Of a stretch of DNA of 64,000 nt, positions 1 through 9,372 are shown one piece after another. Positions within the stretch are counted from its first letter, which is position 1. Each line of letters starts with the position of its first letter. Made by a program: the position numbers and the translations under genes. The DNA lies in assembly GCA_019454675.1 (NCBI GenBank), contig JACFNV010000001.1, positions 471-64,470 on the forward strand, in the 5' to 3' direction. This DNA is from Gammaproteobacteria bacterium (GTDB lineage Bacteria > Pseudomonadota > Gammaproteobacteria > Steroidobacterales > GCA-2729495). Below the pieces are notes generated by a model, which had not been told where the DNA came from, made no database searches, and saw only the letters and a program-made list of their open reading frames with translations.

Positions 1-61
1 GCGACGATCAGGCCGATCGGAAACAGGGAAAATCTTTCCTGATCAGGTGCTAATGGCATCT

Positions 62-70
62 TGCTATCAT
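62..70 (+). promoter_or_regulatory. Candidate extended -10 promoter (TGcTATCAT) upstream of gspG
   Basis: TG-n-TATCAT in a relatively AT-rich non-coding stretch about 120 nt before the gspG ATG; no clear -35. Confidence 0.35.
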
Positions 71-189
71 TGCAGCCGGGTTCCGGCAACGTGCGGCAGG
101 TCCGCAGGCCGCGCTAGACTACCAGTATCATCAGCGCATGGGTCCCGGTTCGCGGGCCGGGCCGCTGGCACAGACACGGATTGGGTTGC

Positions 190-639
190 ATGAACAATTG
201 CGCACGTCGATGCGGGCCGCGGGCTGCGGCCGGCTTTACGCTCATCGAGATCATGGTGGTGGTGGTGATCCTCGGCATCCTTGCCGCCCTCATCGCGCCC
301 AACATCATCGGCAACATCGACAAGGCGCAGGTCACCGCCGTCAAGCAGGACATCCGCGTCATCGAAAGCGCGATCGACATGTTCAGGCTCGAGCGTTTCC
401 GCTATCCGAGCAGCGACGAGGGCCTCGATGCGCTGATCACCCCGCCCAGCGATCCCACCGTCCCCTTCCCGCCCGGAGGCTACATCAAGCGCCTGCCCAA
501 GGATCCGTGGGGGCGGCCCTATGTCTATCGCCAGCCGGGCACGCACGGCGAGTACGACATCTTCAGCCTCGGCCGCGATGGCGCACCCGGTGGCGAGGGT
601 GCCGACGCGGACATCGGCAACTGGGATGACGGCAGGTAG
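190..639 (+). CDS. gspG: Type II secretion major pseudopilin GspG
   Basis: G|FTLIEIMVVVVILGILAALIAPN prepilin motif, LPKDPWGRPY, and GRDGAPGGEGADADIGNW Ca-binding tail. Confidence 0.96.
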   Translation: MNNCARRCGPRAAAGFTLIEIMVVVVILGILAALIAPNIIGNIDKAQVTAVKQDIRVIESAIDMFRLERFRYPSSDEGLDALITPPSDPTVPFPPGGYIKRLPKDPWGRPYVYRQPGTHGEYDIFSLGRDGAPGGEGADADIGNWDDGR

Positions 640-674
640 CCAGCCTCCCTCCGACAAGCGCATTTCCTGACGGC

Positions 675-1259
675 ATGGGCGGAGGGATGGTGCCGTCGTT
701 CCATTCCCGGCGCTGCGGAGGTTTGATCCTCATCGAGATCATGGTGGTGGTGGTCATCATCGGCATCGTCGCCGCCATGGCGGTGCTCTCGGTGGGCCTG
801 TCCAGCCGCGACCAGGGCATCGGCCAGGAAATCCAGCGCATCGTCGACCTGCTGGCGCTGGCCGGCGAGCAGGCCGTGCTCGAAGGCCGCGAATACGGCC
901 TGAGCTTCCATGCCCACGGGTACGCCTTCAGCCGCTATGACTACGCCAGCGGCAACTGGGAACCCGTCGAGGACGAGCTGCCCGTGGCCTCGCGCAGCCT
1001 GCCTGCGGCCGCCGTCCTCGATCTCTACCTGGAGGGGCGGCGCGTGGTGCTTGCCGAGCAGCCGCCCGACGACAAGGCGAAGACGAAGACAGGCACCGCC
1101 GGGACCGGGGCCGGGCAGATCGCGCCACAGATCCTCATCCTCTCCAGCGGCGATGTCACCCCCTTCGAGCTGCACCTGCGGCCGGCGGCCGGCCAGCCCG
1201 GCATCAGGCTGCATGTCGACGACAGCGGGGCCAGCGAGCGGATTCCCGACAATGGCTAG
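675..1259 (+). CDS. gspH: Type II secretion minor pseudopilin GspH
   Basis: G|LILIEIMVVVVIIG N-terminal helix, A-E-A-L-GR-YGL motif, PQILILSSGDVTPFEL; position after gspG. Confidence 0.88.
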   Translation: MGGGMVPSFHSRRCGGLILIEIMVVVVIIGIVAAMAVLSVGLSSRDQGIGQEIQRIVDLLALAGEQAVLEGREYGLSFHAHGYAFSRYDYASGNWEPVEDELPVASRSLPAAAVLDLYLEGRRVVLAEQPPDDKAKTKTGTAGTGAGQIAPQILILSSGDVTPFELHLRPAAGQPGIRLHVDDSGASERIPDNG

Positions 1260-1746
1260 CCCGCCATCGACCCGGCGCGGATTCACCCTCATCGAGGTGA
1301 TGGTGGCGCTGGCCATCATCGCCTTCGGACTGGCCGCGGTCTTCACCCAGCTCAACCAGTCCGCCAGCGCGGCGTCCCGCTTGCGCGACCGGAGCTTTGC
1401 GCACTGGGTCGCCATGAACCAGCTGACCGCCCTGCGGCTTGCCAATGCCTTCCCGGCAGCGGGCACCCGCTCCGACGAGGTGGAGATGGGCAACCAGCGC
1501 TGGCACTACCAGATCAGCGTTTCCGCCACCGAGGACGACGGCCTGCGGCGTGCCGACGTCAGCGTCTCGCTCGCCGGCCGCGAGCAGCAGGTACTGGCCA
1601 CCGCGGTCGGCTTCCTTGCCGAGCCGCCACCCGCGGCGGCTTCCGGCTTGCCGCTTGCGGGCTGGCCATTGCCGCAGGCAGGTGGGTCGGCGGATACCTC
1701 GCCCCCCCCCGCCACCCCGGCCGGCAACAGGGCGGGCAGGCGATGA
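1252..1746 (+). CDS. gspI: Type II secretion minor pseudopilin GspI
   Basis: ATG at 1252; RRG|FTLIEVMVALAII, A-WVA-NQL, LRR-DV-V; overlaps gspH and gspJ. Confidence 0.9.
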   Translation: MASPPSTRRGFTLIEVMVALAIIAFGLAAVFTQLNQSASAASRLRDRSFAHWVAMNQLTALRLANAFPAAGTRSDEVEMGNQRWHYQISVSATEDDGLRRADVSVSLAGREQQVLATAVGFLAEPPPAAASGLPLAGWPLPQAGGSADTSPPPATPAGNRAGRR

Positions 1747-2393
1747 GCCGCGGGACGCCGCGACGGGCATCGCCCGCGGCCGGCTTCACGCTGCTGGAGT
1801 TGCTGGTGGCGCTTGCCATCTTCGGCATCGTCAGCGCGCTGGCACTCGGCGGGCTCAACGCCGTCGTGCGCCAGGAGGCCATCGCCACGGGACAGTTGCA
1901 GAGGCTGCACCAGGTGCAGCGCGCCGTGCGGATCATGGCCAGCGACTTCGCGCAGCTCAACCCGCGCCGGGTGCGCGATGCGCTCGGCAGCTGCGAGGTG
2001 CCGCTGCTCGCACCCTGCGATGCCAGCTACCCGGTCTGCCTCAGCCATGATGGCTGGGCCAATCCCTTTGCACGCTTCCCCCGCGGCACGCTCCAGCGCA
2101 CCCAGTACCGCCTCGAGGATGGCCGCCTGCTGCGCGAGTACTGGCGGGTCATGGACCGCACGCTGGTCAACGAGCCACGCAGCGAGGTACTGCTCGACCA
2201 GGTCGAGGCCTTCGAACTCGGCTTCGCGCCGCGGGTGCCGCAGGCGAACCAGCCCTGGGTGTCGCAATGGCCGCCACTGCAGCAGCAGGGCAGCAACAGC
2301 TGCGAGTCCGTCGAGTTGCCGCAGGCCGTGCACATCCATCTCAGGCTCGGTGACTGGGGCGACATCGACCGGCTGGTGGAGGTGGTGCAGTGA
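1743..2393 (+). CDS. gspJ: Type II secretion minor pseudopilin GspJ
   Basis: AG|FTLLELLVALAIFG, GW-NP-PRGTLQR-QYRLEDGRL-R-YW-VMDR; ATGA overlap. Confidence 0.92.
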   Translation: MSRGTPRRASPAAGFTLLELLVALAIFGIVSALALGGLNAVVRQEAIATGQLQRLHQVQRAVRIMASDFAQLNPRRVRDALGSCEVPLLAPCDASYPVCLSHDGWANPFARFPRGTLQRTQYRLEDGRLLREYWRVMDRTLVNEPRSEVLLDQVEAFELGFAPRVPQANQPWVSQWPPLQQQGSNSCESVELPQAVHIHLRLGDWGDIDRLVEVVQ

Positions 2394-3454
2394 GGCCGGT
2401 GCGGCACGGCATGCCAGGCCCGGCCCGCCAGCGCGGCATCGCCGTCCTCACCGCCATGCTGGTGGTGGCGGTTGCCACCGTGCTGGCCGTGGCCATGGCC
2501 TGGAACACCAACCTCGACATGCGCCGCACGGCCGGCCTGATGGCCTGGGACCAGGCGCGCGAATACGGCTACTTTGCCGAGATCCTCGCCATCCAGTCGC
2601 TGGAGGACCAGCTGCAGGGCGAGGCGGTCTATGACCGCAGCACCGACCAGGCGGCGCGTGCCGGGCTCAGCATCGTCCAGGACGAGCGCATGCTGGCCGG
2701 TGGCTATGCCGACCTGCAGGGGCGCTTCAACCTCAACAACCTGGTGACCCGCGAGGGCCGCCCCGACGAACTGGTGGTCGGGCAGTTCCGCCGCCTGCTG
2801 CGTGCGGTGGCGAGCATCGATCCCGCGCTGGGCATGGGGCCGGCGGAGGTCGAGGTCATCGTTGCCTCGACCGTGGACTGGATCGATCCCGACAGCAGCG
2901 CCGACTTCAACGGTGCCGAGGACGATTTCTATACCTCGGAACCCGAGCCCTACCGCGCCGCCAACGGCTGGTTCACCTCGGTATCGGAATTTCGCGCCGT
3001 GCGTGGCGTGACGGCGGAGATCTTCGCCGCGCTCAGCCCCCATCTGGCGGCCCTGCCGGTAGCCGGGCAGCACACCCTCGTCAACTTCAACACGGCCTCG
3101 ATCCCGGTGCTCATGTCGCTGGGCGAGGATGTCAGCTTCGAGAACGCCGAGCGCTGGGTCGAGGAAAGCCTCGACAAGCCGGTCGAGGACGTGCTGTTGG
3201 TCGCCGAAGGGCTGATCGACCCGGCCATGCTGCCCTACGTGGGCTATGCCTCGAACTACTTCGAGCTGGCCGGCTTCGTGTCTATTGGCACCCATCGGCT
3301 CGATCTGTACAGTCTGCTGGAATGGGATGGCCAGAGTGCAAGGGTGCGGTTGCGGCGCTTTGGCGTGGCGGAATTCGCGCTGCCCGCGCAGCCCTCGCTG
3401 GTCGTCGATGCGGATGAAAGCGGCAGCATGTCCGTGAGGCCAGGCAATGAATGA
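2390..3454 (+). CDS. gspK: Type II secretion minor pseudopilin GspK
   Basis: QRG|IAVLTAML (no Glu5, typical of GspK), DLQGRFNLNNL, DWIDPD, GAED, N-NTA; GTG start overlaps gspJ stop. Confidence 0.92.
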   Translation: MRPVRHGMPGPARQRGIAVLTAMLVVAVATVLAVAMAWNTNLDMRRTAGLMAWDQAREYGYFAEILAIQSLEDQLQGEAVYDRSTDQAARAGLSIVQDERMLAGGYADLQGRFNLNNLVTREGRPDELVVGQFRRLLRAVASIDPALGMGPAEVEVIVASTVDWIDPDSSADFNGAEDDFYTSEPEPYRAANGWFTSVSEFRAVRGVTAEIFAALSPHLAALPVAGQHTLVNFNTASIPVLMSLGEDVSFENAERWVEESLDKPVEDVLLVAEGLIDPAMLPYVGYASNYFELAGFVSIGTHRLDLYSLLEWDGQSARVRLRRFGVAEFALPAQPSLVVDADESGSMSVRPGNE

Positions 3455-4712
3455 GCGCCTCGTCATCCGCCTGGATGGCGGGCCTGCCGGCAGCGCCAGC
3501 TGGGTGGCGGTCGATGCCACCGGTGCCCTGCTCGGCGAGCTGGTGAGCGGCGAGCTTGCCGCGGCCGGCGCGGCAGCCACTGGCCGGCAGGTGATCGTCC
3601 TGGTGCCTGCCGCGGACGTGCTGCACACGCGCGTCCTCGTCCCGCTGCGCAACGGTCCCAGGCTGCTGCAGGCGCTGCCCTTCGCGCTCGAAGAACAACT
3701 GGCCGAGGATGTCGACCTGCTGCACTTCGCGGCGGGCAGCCGCGGCGCAGACGAGGCCGTGGCGGTTGCCGTGGTGCGCCGCTCGCTCATGGAGGAGTGG
3801 CTGGCGCGCTTGTCGGAGGCCGGCATCGAGCCCGCACGGCTGCATTCGCTGGCCGATGCCGTGGCCGGCATGCCGAACACCGTGACGGTACTGCTCGAGG
3901 CCGATGCCGCGGTGCTGATTCCGGCCGGCGCCGAGGCTGCGAGCATCGATGCGGCAAACCTTGCCACCTTCCTCGGGCTGTACATCGGGGATGGCGAAGG
4001 GGACGCGGAGCGCAGCGCCGCGGAGCCCTTGCACCTGGTGGTGTATGGCGCCGAGGCGGCACTGGCCAGCGCCGGCCCCGCGCTCGAGGCACTGCGCGGG
4101 CGGCTGGCTTCGCTCGAGCTGCGGGTGCTTGCGGAAGATCCGCTGCCGCGCCTTGCCGCGCATATCACCACCAGCAACTCGGGCATCAACCTCCTGCAGG
4201 GCGACTTCGCGCGGCGGCCGGACTGGCTGGCCTGGTGGCCGGCATGGCGCGTGGCGGCCATGCTGCTGGCGGTGCTGGCCACCGCCATGGCGGCCAGCGG
4301 GCTTGCCTCCGCCTACCGCACCGGGCAGGAACTGGCCGCCGTGAACGCCGCGGTCGACCAGGCGTTCCACCACGTCTTCCCCGATGCCGGGCAGGTCACC
4401 GATGCCCGTCGCGAACTGTCCGTGCGGCTGCAGCAGCTCGGCACGCGCGGCAGCGGTGCCGGCCAGGAGTTCCTCGACATGCTGCGGGTCCTTGCCCAGG
4501 CGCTGGGCGACACCGGCACGGCGCGCATCGAGGCGCTGAGCTACCGCGGGGGAGTGCTGGAGCTGCGGCTGCGCGCGCCATCGGTGGAATTCCTCGACCG
4601 GGTCCAGCAGCAGCTCGGCCAGACCGGCGGCCTGCAGGCACGCATCCAGTCGGCCAATGCCACTGGCGACGAGGTGATCGGGCGCCTGCAGATCACCCGT
4701 GGTGGCAGCTGA
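3447..4712 (+). CDS. gspL: Type II secretion protein GspL
   Basis: VLVPAADVL, ALPFALEEQLAEDVDLLHFA, INLLQGDF, single TM, C-terminal ferredoxin-like region. Confidence 0.92.
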   Translation: MNERLVIRLDGGPAGSASWVAVDATGALLGELVSGELAAAGAAATGRQVIVLVPAADVLHTRVLVPLRNGPRLLQALPFALEEQLAEDVDLLHFAAGSRGADEAVAVAVVRRSLMEEWLARLSEAGIEPARLHSLADAVAGMPNTVTVLLEADAAVLIPAGAEAASIDAANLATFLGLYIGDGEGDAERSAAEPLHLVVYGAEAALASAGPALEALRGRLASLELRVLAEDPLPRLAAHITTSNSGINLLQGDFARRPDWLAWWPAWRVAAMLLAVLATAMAASGLASAYRTGQELAAVNAAVDQAFHHVFPDAGQVTDARRELSVRLQQLGTRGSGAGQEFLDMLRVLAQALGDTGTARIEALSYRGGVLELRLRAPSVEFLDRVQQQLGQTGGLQARIQSANATGDEVIGRLQITRGGS

Positions 4713-4715
4713 ATC

Positions 4716-5213
4716 ATGAAGCTCCCGGCATGGTTCCTCGAACTGGCGGCACGCGAGCGCCTGCTGGTCATCTGCGCCGCTGCGCTGGGCGTCTTCGCCC
4801 TGGTCTGGATGCTGGCCCTCGCCCCCTTGCTGGCGGGACAGCGGCAGGCACGCACCGAGCTGGCCGAACAGCGCGAGGTGCTGGCCGATATCGAGCGGGT
4901 CGCCGCACGCTTTGGCAGCCAGCCGATGGCTGGCCAGCAGGCGGCGGACAGGCCGGCGGCGGAATCGCTGGTGGTGCTGGTGGACCGTACCACCCGTGCA
5001 GCGGGCCTCGGCGGCCACCTCAAGCGCAATGAGCCCGAGGGTGACGCAGGCATCCGGCTGCGCTTCGAGGATGTGCCCTTCGACGGGCTGGTCGACTGGC
5101 TGGCCGGGCTGCAATCCGCGCAGGCGGTGGGCGTCGTCGCCGCAACGGTCGATCCCGGGCAGGTCCCGGGGCGGGTGACCGTCAACCTGCAGCTCGGCCG
5201 GACAGCGCGCTGA
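4716..5213 (+). CDS. gspM: Type II secretion protein GspM
   Basis: L--RER-L + TM, V-FDGLVDWLA-L, GRVTVNL; position. Confidence 0.88.
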   Translation: MKLPAWFLELAARERLLVICAAALGVFALVWMLALAPLLAGQRQARTELAEQREVLADIERVAARFGSQPMAGQQAADRPAAESLVVLVDRTTRAAGLGGHLKRNEPEGDAGIRLRFEDVPFDGLVDWLAGLQSAQAVGVVAATVDPGQVPGRVTVNLQLGRTAR

Positions 5214-5986
5214 TGCGCCGCGCACACCCGCGCCTGCTGGCCCTTGTCGCGGGCCTCGCCTTCTGCCTGTTCCTGGTGACCGGCCTGCCGGCCAGGCTTG
5301 CCATCGGCTGGCTGGCTCCCGCAGGGCTGACGGTCATCGACCCGCAGGGCAGCCTCTGGCGGGGTTCGGTCGCCGCTGCCATGGCCGGGCCGCTGCGGCT
5401 GGGCCCCACTTCCTGGTCGATGTCCGCCCGCAGCCTGCTTGGCGGGCGGCTGCGCGCCGCCATCGAGACGCAGATGGGAACCGCGGCGGCCAGCGGCACG
5501 CTCGAGCTGCGGATCGGTGGTGGCCTGGCCTGCGAGCAGTGCCGCTACGCGGGGCCGACTGGCGCCCTCGCCGGCCTGCTGCCCATGTTGCAGGGCCTGG
5601 ACGCCCGCCTCGACGCCGATATCACAAGGCTCGAGCTGCGCGAGAGCTGGCCCCGCCGGCTGGTCGCCACCCTGAAGGTGGATGACGTCCCGCTGCGGCT
5701 GCCTGGCCTGCCGCCCGATCCCGGCTTGCCCAGGGGCAGCTTCGTGTTCAGCCTGGATGCCGACCCGGTTCCCGCGGATGGCGTGCTCGAGGCGCGGGTG
5801 CACGATGCCGGTGGTCCGCTGGCGATCGATGGCGTGCTGGTCCTGCGGCCGCCGGGCGACTATCAGCTCGATGCACGGCTCAGGCCGCAGGCGGGTGCAC
5901 CGCCCCGGCTGGCTGCCGTGCTGCAGACGCTGGGCCCGCGCGAAGCCGATGGCAGCTTCAGCCTGGGCCTGGCAGGCAGCTTCTAG
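5213..5986 (+). CDS. gspN: Type II secretion protein GspN
   Basis: N-terminal TM, LPAR, GSLWRG, GPLAIDG; follows gspM. Confidence 0.85.
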   Translation: MRRAHPRLLALVAGLAFCLFLVTGLPARLAIGWLAPAGLTVIDPQGSLWRGSVAAAMAGPLRLGPTSWSMSARSLLGGRLRAAIETQMGTAAASGTLELRIGGGLACEQCRYAGPTGALAGLLPMLQGLDARLDADITRLELRESWPRRLVATLKVDDVPLRLPGLPPDPGLPRGSFVFSLDADPVPADGVLEARVHDAGGPLAIDGVLVLRPPGDYQLDARLRPQAGAPPRLAAVLQTLGPREADGSFSLGLAGSF

Positions 5987-8900
5987 GCATCCGCGGCAGC
6001 GACGGGCTCCGCCTCCACCTCGCGGAAGATGCCCAACAGCGGGAAATACAGCGCCGTGCGCACTGGCCCGCCGCTCATGGCCATCATGGCAGCGCGATAG
6101 CCGCGCAACTGTTCGCGGTAGCGCTCGACCTCCTCATGGATGAAGCGCTCGAGATCGGCGCCCTGGTGCTGGCTGGTCTTGAAGTCGATCACCCAGCGCA
6201 CGCCATCGGCATCGGTGAAGCTGCGATCGATGATCAGCGTGCGAAAGCGTTCCCCATCGCACACCGTCAGCGCCAGCTCGCTCGCCGCATCGGCATGTGC
6301 ATCGTCGAGGATCCAGCGGCCCCGTTCATCATCCAGGGTCCTGTGCAGCGCATTCATCACGCGATTGCTTGCTGCATCGAGCTCGTGCTGGCCGACGCCG
6401 AGGGCAAGCAGCATCCGGCGCGCCAGCGGTCGCCGGGCCTCCAGGCGTTCGTCGGCCCAGGCACTGGCACCCTCTTCGCCGATGGCCTGCAGGAAGGCAT
6501 GGACCACCGTGCCGACATGCATGGCCACGCGACCCGCCCACTCGTAGACCACGGCCGGGGCTGCGACCCTTGCGGCGGCTGCCGGCGACGACAGCTCTTC
6601 CGGTGCGCAGGGGAGCTGCCAGCCCGGCGACAGGCGCCGGATGAGCGGTTGGACCCAGACCGGGTCCCCACCCTTCCGGGCGTCCGCCTGCCACCCTGCC
6701 TCGCGGGCATGGCTCGCTGCGCCATCGGCCAGGGCCGGCCACAGCCGGGACAGCAGGGAACCGCTCCGTGGTGTCCTGATCTCCCCCTCCTGGCCATCGG
6801 GCTCCAGCACGGCGACGAGGTGCAACTGGCGGCGCGCCCGCGTGCAGGCCACGTAGAGCAGGCGGTCGCTTTCCAGCTCGTTCCGGCGCTGCTCCAGCTT
6901 CTTCAGGTAGGCGTACAGCGGCTCGCCCTCCTCCGCGGTCGCGGGAATCGGTGCCAGCATCGGCAGCTTGCTGCCATCGGGCATCAGCACTTCCTGCCAG
7001 ATGAGCAGGCGCCTGTCCTCGTTGCGCGGCTGCCGGTGCAGCCCGGGTACGATGACGGTATCGAACTCGAGTCCCTTGGCCTTGTGGATGGTCATGATGC
7101 GCAGGCTGCCCGGTTCGCCGCCACCAAGCGAACCCTTGTGTGCCGGCATCTGTGCGGTCAGCCAGGCCAGGTCGAGCCCTTCGGCCGCCGTTTCCGCTGC
7201 CTCGAGCAGGTCGAGGAAGCTTCGCACCGACTCGAGCTGCGACTCCTCCGCGATGGTGGCCGGGCCGCCCAGCATCAGCCAGGCGCCCTCCACCAGCTCG
7301 CGCAGTCCGCAGCGCTCGCGCGCCTGCTCCACGAGGTCGAGCACTGCCAGAAGCCGCTGCACCGCACGGGCGCCGGCGCTGCCGAGGCGGGCCACCCTCT
7401 GCTCGTCGCGCAGGAGGTCGGGCACCGTCGCGTCGTGGTCGTCGCCGAGCAGGACCACGAGGTCGGCCAGCGACAGCCCGCACCAGGGGGCGCGCAGGAC
7501 GCCGATCCATGCCAGCCGGTCGGCAGGCTGGCACAGGGCACGGCTGAGCGCGAGCAGGTCCTGGGCGACGCCCGAGTGCTCGAGCACATCCATGTCGGGG
7601 GCGACGAATGCCACGCCGGCTTCGCGCAGGGCCGCGATGATGAGGGCCGCATGCGAGCGGTTGCGCACCAGGATGCAGGTTTCCTGCAGCGGGTCGCTGC
7701 GGCGAGCCTCGTGCACCAGTTCCAGCACCCGCTCTGCCTCGGCAGTTTCATCGCCCGCCGGCAGCCAGTGGCAGTGGACGCCGGCGGCTGGATGCTCCGG
7801 CCTCGCCGCAACGCTCGGCGCGAAGCGCACCGCACCGAGCAGCAGGTCGTCGCCCGCGGGAAACGTGCGGGCGAAGGCCTCGTTGCACCAGCCGACCAGC
7901 GCGGGCGCCGAGCGGAAATTGGCGCTCAGCTGCAGGAATTGCGGCCTGATGTCGCCGATGCCCCGGTCCCGCACCTGCATGAAGATGCCCACATCCGCTT
8001 CGCGGAAACGGTAGATGGACTGCATCGGGTCGCCGACCAGGAAGAAGCTGCGGCCATCGCCCGGCATCCAGCCGGCAGTCAGGCGCTCGAGCAGGCGGTA
8101 TTGCGCCAGCGAGGTGTCCTGGAACTCGTCGACCAGCAGGTGCTGCACGCGGTGGTCGAGCAGGAGCCCCAGCTCGCTGGGCTCGTCGGCGCTGCCCAGC
8201 GCATCGAGTGCCGCCGCCGCCACTTCGGCAAAGTCGGTCTCGCCACGTGCAGCGCAGGCCAGGCGCAGCTGGGCCGCTGCCAGGGTCAGCACCGTGCGCA
8301 GCTCTTCCAGGACTTCCCATTGTGCGTCCGGGTAACGCATGCCGGGCAGCTTGCGCAGCTCGGCCAACGCCAGCCGCAGCGCCTCGTGCTCCTTGAGCCT
8401 GCCCAGCAGCTCCAGCATGGATGACTTCTCGGCCTGTCCCTCCGGCGGGAAGCCGTTGGCGACATTCAGGCCCTTGCCCTTGCGCCACTCGTCCTTGTCC
8501 GTGAGCAGTGCATTGGCGAGTTCCTGCCATGCGGCCAGGTCCTCGCCCGCCGTGCCCGGGAACTCGCCACGCCCGAGCCAGGCTGCCAAGCGGACAGGTC
8601 GGTCATGGTCACGCTGCATGGCTGCCGCATAGGGCAGGAGCGAGAGCAGCTCGCCGGCGAACCCGACGGGCAGCAGCCCCGCCGCTTCCTGCAGGCCAGC
8701 TTCGGTGACCCGGCGCAGTGCTCCCTCGAGCAATTCGCGCCCGGCATCGGCATCGACCGCAAGGCGCAGCCACTGGTCGCGCCTGGGCAGCATGCCCACC
8801 AGCAGCCCCTCGACCCGGCCGGCATCGTTGTCGAGGTGCCGCAGCAGGGCGGTCACTGCCCTGCCCTCCGCGCTGTCCTCGGCGATCAGCCCGATCGTGG

Positions 8901-9372
8901 CGCGTGCAGCTTCCCGGTAGAGTTGCTCGGGGCTGGCGGCGATCTGCTGCAGCGCGCTGCCGCCGCCGGCCATCGGCGTGCGACCGGCGATCCAGGCATT
9001 GACGGCATCGAGGGTCCTGATGGCCAGGCGCGCCGGGTGGCGATGCAACTGCCACTGCCGCCGCCTTTCGTCGCCGAGCACCTCGCACGCGAGTTCGTAG
9101 GCGCGCCGCAGGTGCGGCTCCTGCGGTTCCTCCCCCGCCTCGGCCTGGCCCAGCGCCTTGATGACCCGGCTGCGCATTTCGCCCGCTGCCTTGAGCGTGA
9201 AGGTGACCGCCAGCACCTCCTCGGGCTCGTCGACCAGCGAGAGCAACTGCAGGTAGCGCTGGATCAGCAACTCGGTCTTGCCCGAGCCGGCCGGTGCCTG
9301 GATGACGAAGGAGCGCCGTGGATCCAGTGCAGCGTCGCGCGCCTGCTGGTCGGGAACGGCCGGCTGGCTCAT
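5983..9372 (-). CDS. addA: UvrD-like helicase with C-terminal RecB-family nuclease (AddA-like)
   Basis: Start MSQPAVPDQ at 9372; APAGSGKT, LLVDEFQDTS, VGDPMQSIYRFR, MTIHKAKGLEFD, YVACTRAR, IIDR...VIDFKT. Confidence 0.9.
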   Translation of the reverse strand: MSQPAVPDQQARDAALDPRRSFVIQAPAGSGKTELLIQRYLQLLSLVDEPEEVLAVTFTLKAAGEMRSRVIKALGQAEAGEEPQEPHLRRAYELACEVLGDERRRQWQLHRHPARLAIRTLDAVNAWIAGRTPMAGGGSALQQIAASPEQLYREAARATIGLIAEDSAEGRAVTALLRHLDNDAGRVEGLLVGMLPRRDQWLRLAVDADAGRELLEGALRRVTEAGLQEAAGLLPVGFAGELLSLLPYAAAMQRDHDRPVRLAAWLGRGEFPGTAGEDLAAWQELANALLTDKDEWRKGKGLNVANGFPPEGQAEKSSMLELLGRLKEHEALRLALAELRKLPGMRYPDAQWEVLEELRTVLTLAAAQLRLACAARGETDFAEVAAAALDALGSADEPSELGLLLDHRVQHLLVDEFQDTSLAQYRLLERLTAGWMPGDGRSFFLVGDPMQSIYRFREADVGIFMQVRDRGIGDIRPQFLQLSANFRSAPALVGWCNEAFARTFPAGDDLLLGAVRFAPSVAARPEHPAAGVHCHWLPAGDETAEAERVLELVHEARRSDPLQETCILVRNRSHAALIIAALREAGVAFVAPDMDVLEHSGVAQDLLALSRALCQPADRLAWIGVLRAPWCGLSLADLVVLLGDDHDATVPDLLRDEQRVARLGSAGARAVQRLLAVLDLVEQARERCGLRELVEGAWLMLGGPATIAEESQLESVRSFLDLLEAAETAAEGLDLAWLTAQMPAHKGSLGGGEPGSLRIMTIHKAKGLEFDTVIVPGLHRQPRNEDRRLLIWQEVLMPDGSKLPMLAPIPATAEEGEPLYAYLKKLEQRRNELESDRLLYVACTRARRQLHLVAVLEPDGQEGEIRTPRSGSLLSRLWPALADGAASHAREAGWQADARKGGDPVWVQPLIRRLSPGWQLPCAPEELSSPAAAARVAAPAVVYEWAGRVAMHVGTVVHAFLQAIGEEGASAWADERLEARRPLARRMLLALGVGQHELDAASNRVMNALHRTLDDERGRWILDDAHADAASELALTVCDGERFRTLIIDRSFTDADGVRWVIDFKTSQHQGADLERFIHEEVERYREQLRGYRAAMMAMSGGPVRTALYFPLLGIFREVEAEPVAAADA

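Noticed and set aside
53-66. Sigma54 promoter (TGGCATCTTGC) before gspG; similar near 59800
   Set aside because: GG-to-GC spacing is not the required 10 nt
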